Shown one piece after another: positions 36,979-46,222 of a stretch of 64,000 nt of DNA (within the stretch, counting starts at the first letter, position 1; every line of letters starts with the position of its first letter). Source of the stretch: Alphaproteobacteria bacterium (GTDB lineage Bacteria > Pseudomonadota > Alphaproteobacteria > Bin95); NCBI GenBank assembly GCA_963665325.3, contig OZ224045.1:1792001-1856000 (forward strand), written 5' to 3'. The translations under genes and the position numbers were made by a program. A model generated the notes under the pieces. That model was not told the origin of the DNA, ran no database searches, and saw only the letters and a list, made by a program, of their open reading frames with translations.

Positions 36979-37539
36979 CTACACCGCCACCCAGCCGGGC
37001 GGCGGCTCGCGACCGGGATGGATTGCGCCGCATCCGCCGCAAGTCCGGGCGGTTTCGTCGACATAGAACGCATCGAACAGCGGCGGCAAATCCGTGACGA
37101 TGTTGCCGACCGGCAGTTCCACCCGGTGCACGAGGGCGCCGCATTCGAAGCAGAACCACTCGAACCCGTCCAACATACCGCCGACACGGGGCGCCTCGAC
37201 CACCAGCCCGACCGATCCCGGCACCGGGCGCTGCGGGGAATGGCGCACATGGGGCGGCAGCAGGAAGACTTCGCCCGCCCGGATCGGGACATCGTAGATT
37301 CGTCCCTCTTCGGCGACCTTGAGGATCATGTCGCCTTCCAGCTGATAGAAGAACTCCTCGACGGGATCGTCGTGGAAGTCCACCCGCTGGTTCGGGCCGC
37401 CCACCACCATCACCGTCATGCCGGCCTCCTCGAAGACCAGCTTGTTGCCGACCGGCGGTTTCAGCAGGTCGCGGTGTTCGTCGATCCAGCGCCGGAAATC
37501 GAAGGGACTCAGGCGAGGGTGCTGCATATGGCCTGCCAT
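36979..37539 (-). CDS. nbaC: 3-hydroxyanthranilate 3,4-dioxygenase
   Basis: LKPPVGNK, VGGPNQRVDFH, EEFFYQ, HSPQR, CxxC pairs. Confidence 0.92.
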   Translation of the reverse strand: MAGHMQHPRLSPFDFRRWIDEHRDLLKPPVGNKLVFEEAGMTVMVVGGPNQRVDFHDDPVEEFFYQLEGDMILKVAEEGRIYDVPIRAGEVFLLPPHVRHSPQRPVPGSVGLVVEAPRVGGMLDGFEWFCFECGALVHRVELPVGNIVTDLPPLFDAFYVDETARTCGGCGAIHPGREPPPGWVAV

Positions 37540-37552
37540 CGTGACTCCCCCC

Positions 37553-38527
37553 TTATTCCGCGGCGCTGCGCATCGCTTCGAGCCCGCAACTCTCGAACGC
37601 CTGCCGCGTGGCCTGTTTCTCGGCGTCTGTCAATTCCAGCATGGGCGGCCGCACCGGCCCGCCAACCTGGCCGAGCAGTTCCTGCCAGTATTTCTGGTGT
37701 GCGTGCGGCTTGGCGCCGGGACGGGTTCGCTTCAGGGCCTCCCTCACCGGGTTCAGGCTGTCGCGGACGCGCTTGGCCTGCTCCGCCTCTCCCGCCAAGG
37801 CGAGATCGGTGTAGAGGCGCATCCGGCGGTCTGCGGCCGTCTGCAGGAGATAGGGAGGCGAGGAACACAGGTACAGCTGCCAGCCGAGTTCCAGGATGTT
37901 GTCGAGCCATTCCTCCTCGGACGCCGTGCTGACCAGGATCCGGTCGCCCGCGAGGCGCGTCAGCTGGGCATACATCTCCCTGGGCACGCTGTATTTGATC
38001 GCGACGATATTGGGGAGTTCGGCGATCCGCGCGCAGAGTTCCGGGCTCATCAGGTAGCCGCTGTCGGGATGGCTCCACATGGCGATTCCGATCTCCACGG
38101 ACTCGCTGACCGTTCGGTAATACTCGAAGAGCAGGTCGTTGCGGTCGGTCACGAAGCTCAGCACCGGTGCATGTACGACTATGTAGTCGGCGCCCACTGC
38201 CTGGGCATGGCGGGCAAGGTCGATCACCGTGTCCATGTTCTGGTCGGAGCAGGACATGATGGTGCCTGCTCTGCTGTCCCTCGTCTCATCGACCGCGATC
38301 TCGAAGACGCGCTTACGCTCCTCGACCGACATCGAGAAATACTCGCCCTGCTTTCCGGCGATGAACAGCCCGTCAATCCCGAGGTCATCGACCCAGTGGC
38401 GGATGTTGGCGCGCATGCCCGCTTCGTCTATCGACAGGTCGTCCCGGAAAGGTTGCAGGGCAGCCGCCCAGATGCCCTTCATGTCGGCGTGAGCGTAGGC
38501 CTTGGCCTCGTCCCGGCGATATTTCAC
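37553..38527 (-). CDS. DapA/DHDPS-family aldolase or hydratase-aldolase
   Basis: TIM-barrel pattern, GKQGEY in place of GTTGE, Schiff-base Lys in IVAIKYS. Confidence 0.8.
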   Translation of the reverse strand: MKYRRDEAKAYAHADMKGIWAAALQPFRDDLSIDEAGMRANIRHWVDDLGIDGLFIAGKQGEYFSMSVEERKRVFEIAVDETRDSRAGTIMSCSDQNMDTVIDLARHAQAVGADYIVVHAPVLSFVTDRNDLLFEYYRTVSESVEIGIAMWSHPDSGYLMSPELCARIAELPNIVAIKYSVPREMYAQLTRLAGDRILVSTASEEEWLDNILELGWQLYLCSSPPYLLQTAADRRMRLYTDLALAGEAEQAKRVRDSLNPVREALKRTRPGAKPHAHQKYWQELLGQVGGPVRPPMLELTDAEKQATRQAFESCGLEAMRSAAE

Positions 38528-38684
38528 GGTGTCCGTCCTCCGCTGCGCCTGCGGGTCCCTGCCTCAGGAACCCCAGCCAGTATGGAGGCTATCCCGGTAT
38601 TTCGACAACGAATTGCTCGTTGGCCGGCTATCGGCGGGAAGGGCCTTCGGCGCCGGCCGCGCTGCAGGCCCTTGTTGCGCTCCG

Positions 38685-40028
38685 TCAGAAGGCGGCGTCG
38701 CGGCCGCGCGCCTTGGCAACCTCGCGGGCGTTGGGGTTGGCAGAGGGCCGGAAGGGCATTTCGCACACTTCTGCCGCCACCGGCTGTCCCGGCTCTTGGG
38801 CGTAGCAGTCCGGCAGCCAGACCTCATATTCGGTGCCGATGCCCGACTTCTCTACCGGTACATAGCCCATGGATATGTTGCAGCCGAGCTCGGGCGAGTA
38901 CCAGGGCGAGGTAAGATAACCGACAGGCTCGCCGCCGCCCGGCTCCGATACCAGCCAGAAGTCCGGCGCATAGTCGTCGATGGGCTTGCCGCCCATGCGC
39001 AGACCCACAAGCTGCTGACACCAGGGCGGATTGCCTGCCTCCAGCTCAGCGCGCATGCGTTCCAGGGCCGGTTTGCCGATATAGTCCGCGGTCTTCTTGC
39101 GCGGCACCTGGTAACCGAGATTGCACTGGAAGGGGTTGGTCTCGTGGTCGAGATCCTGACCCCAGGAGAGGATACCGGCGGCGATACGGCGCTGGTGGCC
39201 CGGCGCGATCACCATCAGATTGTGCGCCCTGCCGGCTTCCAGCACAGCTTCCCACATGGCGTTGGCGTGCAGGGTGGAGTCGCGCAGGTAAATCTCATAA
39301 CCCTTTTCGCCGGAGAAGCCCGTCTGAGAGATGACGACGGAGCAGCCGCCGACCGCTGCCTCCAGAATGCCGTAGAACGGAATGTCGTAGATTGCAGGAC
39401 CGACCAGGTCGGCCATCAACGCCTCCGATTTCGGCCCCTGGATCTGGACCGGGCAGACGTCGATCTCGTCGATCTCGACATTCATCCGCGCGCCGACATT
39501 GACGCCTTGGAGCCAGAACAGAATGTCGCTGTCCGACAGCGAGAACCAAAACTCGTCCTCGGCCAGTCGCAACAGCACGGGATCGTTGAGTATGCCGCCC
39601 TTCTCATTGCAGAGGATGACATATTTACCGTGCATCGGCTGGATGCGGGCGGCATCGCGGGTGATGACATAGTTCACGAAGCGCTCGGCGTCCGGGCCCT
39701 TCACGCGGATCTGGCGCTCGACCGCGACGTTCCACATCGTCACATGCTTGGTCAGCGCTTCGTATTCGACCGACGCTCCGCCGTCTTCCGGGCGCACATA
39801 GCCGCGCGGGTGATAGACGCGGTTATAGACGGTCGCCCGCCAGCAGCCGGCCTCGTGGCTCAGATGCCAGTAGGGCGATTTGCGGACCCGGGTGGAGATC
39901 AGCAATTCGGTTGGCGTCGGCCCGCTCTGCCTCAGGTTGAAGGGCACGACGCGGTCGGACTGATCTACACTCACCGCCTGGTCCCTGCGGTAGCGGGAAT
40001 CGAGGCTCAGGGTATCATCGAGGGGCAT
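38685..40028 (-). CDS. GcvT-family aminomethyltransferase/demethylase
   Basis: GPDAERF, GGILNDP, QTGFSGEKGYEIY. Confidence 0.85.
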   Translation of the reverse strand: MPLDDTLSLDSRYRRDQAVSVDQSDRVVPFNLRQSGPTPTELLISTRVRKSPYWHLSHEAGCWRATVYNRVYHPRGYVRPEDGGASVEYEALTKHVTMWNVAVERQIRVKGPDAERFVNYVITRDAARIQPMHGKYVILCNEKGGILNDPVLLRLAEDEFWFSLSDSDILFWLQGVNVGARMNVEIDEIDVCPVQIQGPKSEALMADLVGPAIYDIPFYGILEAAVGGCSVVISQTGFSGEKGYEIYLRDSTLHANAMWEAVLEAGRAHNLMVIAPGHQRRIAAGILSWGQDLDHETNPFQCNLGYQVPRKKTADYIGKPALERMRAELEAGNPPWCQQLVGLRMGGKPIDDYAPDFWLVSEPGGGEPVGYLTSPWYSPELGCNISMGYVPVEKSGIGTEYEVWLPDCYAQEPGQPVAAEVCEMPFRPSANPNAREVAKARGRDAAF

Positions 40029-40217
40029 GGGCTTCGCGCCTCCGCAACGGGAATCGGGATACCAGATTCGGCGCGCAGTCGAAGCAGAATGCGCCCGTTC
40101 GCGACGAGTTTCGCGGGCGATACGACAGAAATTAGTTTCCACCGCACACGGAACCGATTGACAAGCCGCCAACGCGGCGTCATTTGGACTTTAGGAACAT
40201 CTTGCCGGAGTCGGCCG

Positions 40218-41243
40218 ATGGCTGGCGATCAGGTCTTCCGCGGAAGCGACGGCGCACCCGTTGAGGTGACACTCCTTCCGATTCCGAACTTCTCACTCTC
40301 GAGTTTCACGGCGCTGGTCGAGCCTTTGCGCCTTGCGAACTACGTTGCGGAGCGTCCGCATTACAGCTGGCGCGTCGTGACGCCCGAGGGCGCGCCGGTG
40401 CGCTCCAGCTGCGGTGTCGCGGTTGCGGCGGATGAGCCGGCCGAACGTCTCCAGCGACCGGAGAATGTCGTCATCTGCGGCGGCGTGGACGGCTGGGCGT
40501 ACGAGGACCCGGCCGCGCTTGCGCTGCTGCGCCGCTGGGCGCGGGACGGTGCGCATGTGGGCGCGGCCTGTACCGGCGCCTATGTGCTTGCGCGGGCCGG
40601 CCTGTTGCGCGACCGGCGTTGCACCATCCACTGGGAGAGCCTGGACGGCTTTGCCGAGCGCTTTCCCGATATCGACCTGCGGGCGGCGCTGTTCGAGATC
40701 GACCGGGACCGGTTCACCTGCACGGGCGGGGCGGCGGCCTGCGATATGGTCCTCCAGGACATTTCGTGGCGTTTCGGGCCCGAGCTCACGGCAGCGGTGG
40801 CCGGCCATCTCCTCCATGACCGAGTCCGCAGCGGCCGCGACGAGCGTTACCTGCCGCACCAGGCCTGGCTCCGGACAAGCCATCCGGTGCTGGTGAAAGC
40901 GCTGACCGCCATGGCCGAGCATCGCGAGGATCGCCTTTCGCTGGTCGAGATTGCCCGCGCGGCCAATGTCTCGCCGCGCCAGCTCGAGCGGTTGTTCCGG
41001 CGCTATCTCGATTCGACGCCGGCGCGCTGGTATTTGCGAATGCGCCTCACGCGGGCGCGCCAATTGCTGATTGAGACGCAGATGCCGGTGACTTGGATCG
41101 CCGTCGCCTGCGGTTTCGGCTCGACCTCGCATTTCTCGAAGAATTACAGACAATTCTTCGGCGTGTGTCCGCGCGAGGAGCGCCGCCAGCGCCGCGCGGC
41201 GCGCGAACCAACGGCCCCGCCGCCACTGAGCCGCGCGGCCTAG
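40218..41243 (+). CDS. GlxA-family (DJ-1 + AraC) regulator
   Basis: EPLRLAN, CTGAYVLARAGLL, TIHW, RQLERLF, CGF.S.SHFS. Confidence 0.92.
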   Translation: MAGDQVFRGSDGAPVEVTLLPIPNFSLSSFTALVEPLRLANYVAERPHYSWRVVTPEGAPVRSSCGVAVAADEPAERLQRPENVVICGGVDGWAYEDPAALALLRRWARDGAHVGAACTGAYVLARAGLLRDRRCTIHWESLDGFAERFPDIDLRAALFEIDRDRFTCTGGAAACDMVLQDISWRFGPELTAAVAGHLLHDRVRSGRDERYLPHQAWLRTSHPVLVKALTAMAEHREDRLSLVEIARAANVSPRQLERLFRRYLDSTPARWYLRMRLTRARQLLIETQMPVTWIAVACGFGSTSHFSKNYRQFFGVCPREERRQRRAAREPTAPPPLSRAA

Positions 41244-41432
41244 AGGCCGGCCTCCGACAGGACGGGCGCGCAAGCTTCATGCGTCGCGACACGGGGTTCG
41301 AGCGCCTGCTGCCTCCTGCGACAATGGATTTCGACCCCGCAGGCGCTGCCGTTGCGATGCGGTCTGGCCTGCGGACTGAGAGGCGGGCATATTCGCCACT
41401 ATTCGAACCGGTAACGCACACGGAGCTGACCG

Positions 41433-41969
41433 ATGAAGACTGCGGCCGACTTGCTCATGTCGTTTGTACTGGTTGGCGTATTCGCCTTGGCCTCGGTTTC
41501 GGCGACGGCGCAGCATTCACACGGGACCTCGCGATATGCGCATGGACAAAGCGCCGAAATCCCGAGCCTGACGCCTAAGGAGGTTAGCGAACTGCGGAAC
41601 GGAGAAGGCATGGGTCTGGCGAGGCCAGCAGAACTCAACCGCTTTCCGGGGCCGAAGCACCTTCTCGAACTCACGGGGGAAATCGGTCTCACCGGCGAGC
41701 AGTCCCGGCGCATCAAGGCAATTTACAAGAAAATGAAAGAGCGGGCGGTCGCGAAGGGTGAGAACATCTTGATGGTGGAACGGCACCTTGCGGGCCTGTT
41801 CGCCTCGGGAGGGCCGACGGCTGTGAAAGTGACGCAGGTGACCGGGCAACTTGGGATCATGCGGGGGGAGTTGAGGGCAATCCATCTGCTTGCGCATATC
41901 GAGGCGACCCGCGAGCTCACCCCTGCACAGATCGAGGGCTATCAGCGGCTCAGAGGCTACTCGCATTGA
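41433..41969 (+). CDS. Periplasmic Spy/CpxP-like protein
   Basis: Signal peptide; GEGMGLARPAELN.FPGPKH; LTxEQ motifs. Confidence 0.65.
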   Translation: MKTAADLLMSFVLVGVFALASVSATAQHSHGTSRYAHGQSAEIPSLTPKEVSELRNGEGMGLARPAELNRFPGPKHLLELTGEIGLTGEQSRRIKAIYKKMKERAVAKGENILMVERHLAGLFASGGPTAVKVTQVTGQLGIMRGELRAIHLLAHIEATRELTPAQIEGYQRLRGYSH

Positions 41970-42041
41970 CCGCAACGGAATGCTTGACCCTCGCTCGGCC
42001 CGTCAGCCCTTGTCCTCGATTCTCGATCGCTAGAAGCCCGG

Positions 42042-44099
42042 ATGGCTGATCTTCGGACGCGGTACCGCATCGGCGTCGATGTCGGCGGCACCTTCACCGA
42101 CCTGATGGTTCTGGATGGGCAGACCGGCGCAGTCTACGCCCTCAAGACCCCGACTACGCCGGCGGATCCGTCCGAGGGCCTGCTCGCGGGCATTGCCGAA
42201 GCGGCGGCACGCGTCGGCTTCGAGCCGGGCGAGGTCGGGTTCATCCTGCACGGCACAACCATCGCCACCAATGCCGTTCTCGAGCGCAAGCTGCCGGACG
42301 GTGCGCTGATCGCCAATGCGGGGTTCGCGGATGTGCTGGAGATCGGCCGCCATGTGCGCCGCGAGCCCTATACGCTGAAGCCGACGCCGCAGACCGTGCT
42401 TGTCCCGCGGGACCGGCGCTACGGCGTCGAGGGGCGGATGCGCTGGGACGGCAGCGAGGAGGCGCCGCTCGACGAGGAAGCAGTCGCGCGTGTCGCGCGG
42501 GACCTGTCGGAGGCCGGCATCGGTGCGGTCGCCATTGCGTTTCTTCATGCCTACCGCGATCCGGCGCATGAACGCCGTGTCGCAGAGATACTGGCGGAGG
42601 CGGCGCCCGGCATTCCCGTGTCGCTCTCCTCGGAGGTCAGCCCCGAGATCCGCGAGTACGAGCGGGCTTCGACCACTGTGCTCAACGCGCTGCTCGTGCC
42701 GGTGGTGCGCGTCTATCTGGAACGGCTGGAGGCAAGGCTCCGCGAGGCCGGACTGGATGCGCGGCTCTATCTCGTCCAGTCCAACGGAGGGGTGACGACG
42801 CCGGCTCAGGCGGCGCGGCTGCCCGTGCGGCTGCTGCTGTCAGGGCCTTCGGGCGGGGCAATGGCGGCGGCCGAACTCTCGCGGAGGCTCCGGCAGCCTA
42901 ACCTGGTGGCGGTCGATATGGGCGGTACCAGCTTCGATGTATCGGTGGTTCGGGACGGCGAGGGCACGGTGGTGACTGAAGGCGAGATCGACGGCCTGCC
43001 GGTGCGCCTGCCGATGGTGGAGATGCGCACCATCGGGGCCGGTGGCGGGTCCATCGCCTCCGTGGCTGCCGGCGGGGCGCTCAGCGTGGGGCCGCGAAGC
43101 GCGGGCGCCGACCCGGGACCCGCCGCCTACGGAAAGGGCGGCGCAGAGCCGACCGTCACCGATGCCAATATCGTGCTCGGCCGGCTGGACCCGGACTTTT
43201 TCCTCGGCGGCGCGCTGAAGCTGGACGCGGGTCTAGCGCGCGCCGCGGTTGCGGAGCGGGTGGCGGGTCCGCTCGGACTCGGCGTGGAGGAAGCGGCAGA
43301 GGGCATCCTTGCGGTCGTCAACGCGCATATGGCGTCCGCTATCAAGCTCAGCCTGTTCGAAAAGGGCGCGGACCCGCGCGACTTCGCCATCGCCGCATTC
43401 GGCGGCGCCGGCGGCCTGCACGCCGTCAGTCTCGCGGAAGAGCTGGAGATCGGCGAGGTGGTGTTCCCGCGCGACCCCGGCACCTTCTCGGCGCGCGGCA
43501 TACTGACCGCAGACATCGCGCACGATGTGGCGCGCTCGCGCCTGCTCGATGCCGATGAGGAGGCGCTGCCGGTGCTGGCCGGCCTTGCGGCAGATCTGGT
43601 CGAGGAAGGCCATGCGTTGCTGGCGGCGGACGGCATTACGGAGGACGCGCGCCAGATCCGTCTGGCGGCCGACATGCGCTATCGCGGCCAGGCCTACGAA
43701 CTGCTGGTTCCTTGGGGCGATGCGAGGCCCGACGGGCCGTCGCTCGCACGGCTGGTCGCCGATTTCCACGATCTGCACCAGGCGCGCTATGCGCATTCGG
43801 ACCCGGACGCGCCGGTCGAGATCGTGACCTTGCGCGCGACTGCAAGGGGATGGCTGCCCAAACCGGCCATAAAGCTGCCCGCCGCAATGGATGTCGTGCC
43901 GAAGGGCGAGCGGCGCGTCTGGATAGGGGGAGGCTGGCGCCAACTGCCTGTCTACGACCGCGACCGCCTGCCGGAAGCGGTCGAGGGGCCTGCCCTCATC
44001 GAGGAGGCCCATGCGACGCTTCTGGCGCCGCCGGGTTGGCGTCTGGAGATGTCGCCGGGCGGCGACCTTGTGGCGCGGCGCAGGGGAGAAGGCGCATGA
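42042..44099 (+). CDS. Hydantoinase/oxoprolinase A subunit (second pair)
   Basis: GVDVGGTFTD, HGTTIATN, DMGGTSFD. Confidence 0.92.
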   Translation: MADLRTRYRIGVDVGGTFTDLMVLDGQTGAVYALKTPTTPADPSEGLLAGIAEAAARVGFEPGEVGFILHGTTIATNAVLERKLPDGALIANAGFADVLEIGRHVRREPYTLKPTPQTVLVPRDRRYGVEGRMRWDGSEEAPLDEEAVARVARDLSEAGIGAVAIAFLHAYRDPAHERRVAEILAEAAPGIPVSLSSEVSPEIREYERASTTVLNALLVPVVRVYLERLEARLREAGLDARLYLVQSNGGVTTPAQAARLPVRLLLSGPSGGAMAAAELSRRLRQPNLVAVDMGGTSFDVSVVRDGEGTVVTEGEIDGLPVRLPMVEMRTIGAGGGSIASVAAGGALSVGPRSAGADPGPAAYGKGGAEPTVTDANIVLGRLDPDFFLGGALKLDAGLARAAVAERVAGPLGLGVEEAAEGILAVVNAHMASAIKLSLFEKGADPRDFAIAAFGGAGGLHAVSLAEELEIGEVVFPRDPGTFSARGILTADIAHDVARSRLLDADEEALPVLAGLAADLVEEGHALLAADGITEDARQIRLAADMRYRGQAYELLVPWGDARPDGPSLARLVADFHDLHQARYAHSDPDAPVEIVTLRATARGWLPKPAIKLPAAMDVVPKGERRVWIGGGWRQLPVYDRDRLPEAVEGPALIEEAHATLLAPPGWRLEMSPGGDLVARRRGEGA

Positions 44100-45721
44100 C
44101 CGACCTCAGCCCGATCGACATCGAGATCATCCGCAATGCGCTGGTCGCGGCGGCGGAGGACATGAACGTGACTATCTGGCGCACGGCCCGTTCCACGGTC
44201 GTGCGCGAGACGCTCGACTATTCGACCGCCATATTCGACGCAGACGGACGCAACGTCGCTCAGTCGGCGCGCATTGCCATCCACCTGAATTCCATGGCGA
44301 CCTGCCTCGAAGGCATCCTCGCGGAGCCCATCCCGCTGGACGAGTGGCGCGAGGGCGATGTCATCGTCACCAACGACCCCTATTCCGGCGGCCAGCACCT
44401 GCCCGACATACTGACCTTCAAGCCGGTCTATTTCCGGGGCCGGCGGATCGCGATTACCGGCACGCTCACCCACCACACCGATGTCGGCGGCGGCGCCCCG
44501 GGCAGCTACGACGCCAAGGCGCGCGAGATCTATCAGGAAGGCTTGCGGATCCCGCCCTGCAAGGTCGTGGAGGCCGGGCGGGCCAACAGGGCGCTGCTCG
44601 GTGTCCTCTATGCCAATACCCGCGAGCCGGAGAAGGTGCGGGGCGATTTCGAGGCCCAGCTCGCCTCGCTCGATATCGGCGCGGCCGGCGTGCTGCGCGT
44701 GGCCGAGCGGTTCGGCCCCGACAGGCTGGAAGCCGCCACGGATCGCATTCTCGACCGGTCCGAGGCGGCGATGCGGGCGGCTATCGCGGGCATTCCGGAC
44801 GGCACCTACCGCTTCGAGGATTTCGTGGACGATGACGGCATCACGGAGGAGCCGCGCCTGATTGCCGCCGAGGTCCGGATCGACGGCGAGACGGCGGAAG
44901 TCGATTTGTCCGCTTCGGGCCCGCAGGCGGCGGGGCCGGTCAACTGCACGCTCAACATGTCGAAATCGGCCGTCTACTGCGCCTTCATGTGCGCCGCGGG
45001 GGTCGAGGTCCCGGCGAATTCCGGCGCCTACCGGCCGGTCGAAATCGGGGCGCGCGAGGGCACGATCTGCAATGCGCTGCCGCCCGCGCCGGTGGCGAAC
45101 CGCATGGCGACGGCGCACAGGATCGTCACCACCGTTCTGGGCGCGCTCGGCCGGGCGGCGCCGGAGCGCATATCCGCCGCCTATTACGGGGTCAGCTACG
45201 TCTATGCGCTGGGGCTCAAGGGGCGCTCGGGCCGGCCCGAGGTCTATTTCGACATCGAGGTCGGCGGCTGGGGCGCGCATCCCGACGCCGACGGCGCGAA
45301 CGCGCTTTCCGCCTGCCTGCACAATCTCGCCAACACGCCTATCGAGATGGTCGAGAGCCTGTATCCGCTCACGGTCACCGAATACGGCCTCGCACCGGGA
45401 AGCGGGGGGCAGGGCAGGCGGCGCGGCGGCCTCGGGCTCCGGCGCGAGTTCCGGCTGGATGCGGATGAGGGCATGTTCTCGACCAATTACGAACGTTTCC
45501 GGGTACCGCCCTACGGTCTCCACGGCGGGGGTTCCGGTGCGCCGGGGCGTTCGGTGCTGACGCGAGGCGAGGAGAGAATCGAGCTCGGCTCCAAGGTATC
45601 CAACCTTCCGGTGCGCCGGGGCGACCGCATCCTGCTGCAAACCTCCGGCGGCGGCGGGCACGGGACGCCGGAAGATCGCGACACCCGGGACATCGCCCGC
45701 GACCGGCGGCTCGGCTATTGA
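44096..45721 (+). CDS. Hydantoinase/oxoprolinase B subunit (second pair)
   Basis: NDPYSGGQHLPD, HHTDVGG, QEGLRIPP; ATGA overlap with subunit A. Confidence 0.92.
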   Translation: MTDLSPIDIEIIRNALVAAAEDMNVTIWRTARSTVVRETLDYSTAIFDADGRNVAQSARIAIHLNSMATCLEGILAEPIPLDEWREGDVIVTNDPYSGGQHLPDILTFKPVYFRGRRIAITGTLTHHTDVGGGAPGSYDAKAREIYQEGLRIPPCKVVEAGRANRALLGVLYANTREPEKVRGDFEAQLASLDIGAAGVLRVAERFGPDRLEAATDRILDRSEAAMRAAIAGIPDGTYRFEDFVDDDGITEEPRLIAAEVRIDGETAEVDLSASGPQAAGPVNCTLNMSKSAVYCAFMCAAGVEVPANSGAYRPVEIGAREGTICNALPPAPVANRMATAHRIVTTVLGALGRAAPERISAAYYGVSYVYALGLKGRSGRPEVYFDIEVGGWGAHPDADGANALSACLHNLANTPIEMVESLYPLTVTEYGLAPGSGGQGRRRGGLGLRREFRLDADEGMFSTNYERFRVPPYGLHGGGSGAPGRSVLTRGEERIELGSKVSNLPVRRGDRILLQTSGGGGHGTPEDRDTRDIARDRRLGY

Positions 45722-45752
45722 GAATTCCGACGACAAGGGACGGCAGCCTGCA

Positions 45753-46222
45753 ATGACATTGGAAACCGATGGGTTCCGCATCGAACTCGACCCGGAAAAC
45801 GAGCGCGCGGACATCGTGCTCGACCGCCCGCCGCTCAATGTCGTGCGGATGGCACAGCGTCCGCTGCTGCGCGCCGCCTTCGAGGCCTTCGACCGCGACC
45901 CGGCCGTGCGCGTGGTCGTGGTCCGGGGCGCGGGCGAGCATTTCACCAGCGGTGGCGACATTCCGGGCTTCATGGAAGCGAGTCCGGAAACCGTCTCGCA
46001 GCTTCACAAGAACGTCGCCGCCGCTGAGCGTTGTTCAAAGCCGGTGATCGCCGCGATACGGGGTTTCTGCATGGGCGTCGGGTTCGAACTCGCACTCGCC
46101 TGCGATTTCCGTATCGCAAGCGAAACGGCGCGCATGGCGCTGCCCGAGATCAATCTCGGCATGATCCCGGGCTCCGGCGGCTCTGCGCGGCTGCAGCGCA
46201 TGATCGGCATTTCGCGGGCTAA
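45753..46222 (+). pseudogene. Enoyl-CoA hydratase/isomerase 5' fragment
   Basis: FTSGGDI, GVGFELALACD, LPEINLG; interrupted by IS. Confidence 0.9.

Noticed and set aside
38502-40217. N-terminal extension making a 913-aa GlxA regulator
   Set aside because: Antisense to the GcvT-like gene; regulator homology starts at 40218
41279-41432. Short ORF fragment before the Spy-like gene
   Set aside because: No family recognised, and it overlaps the next gene out of frame
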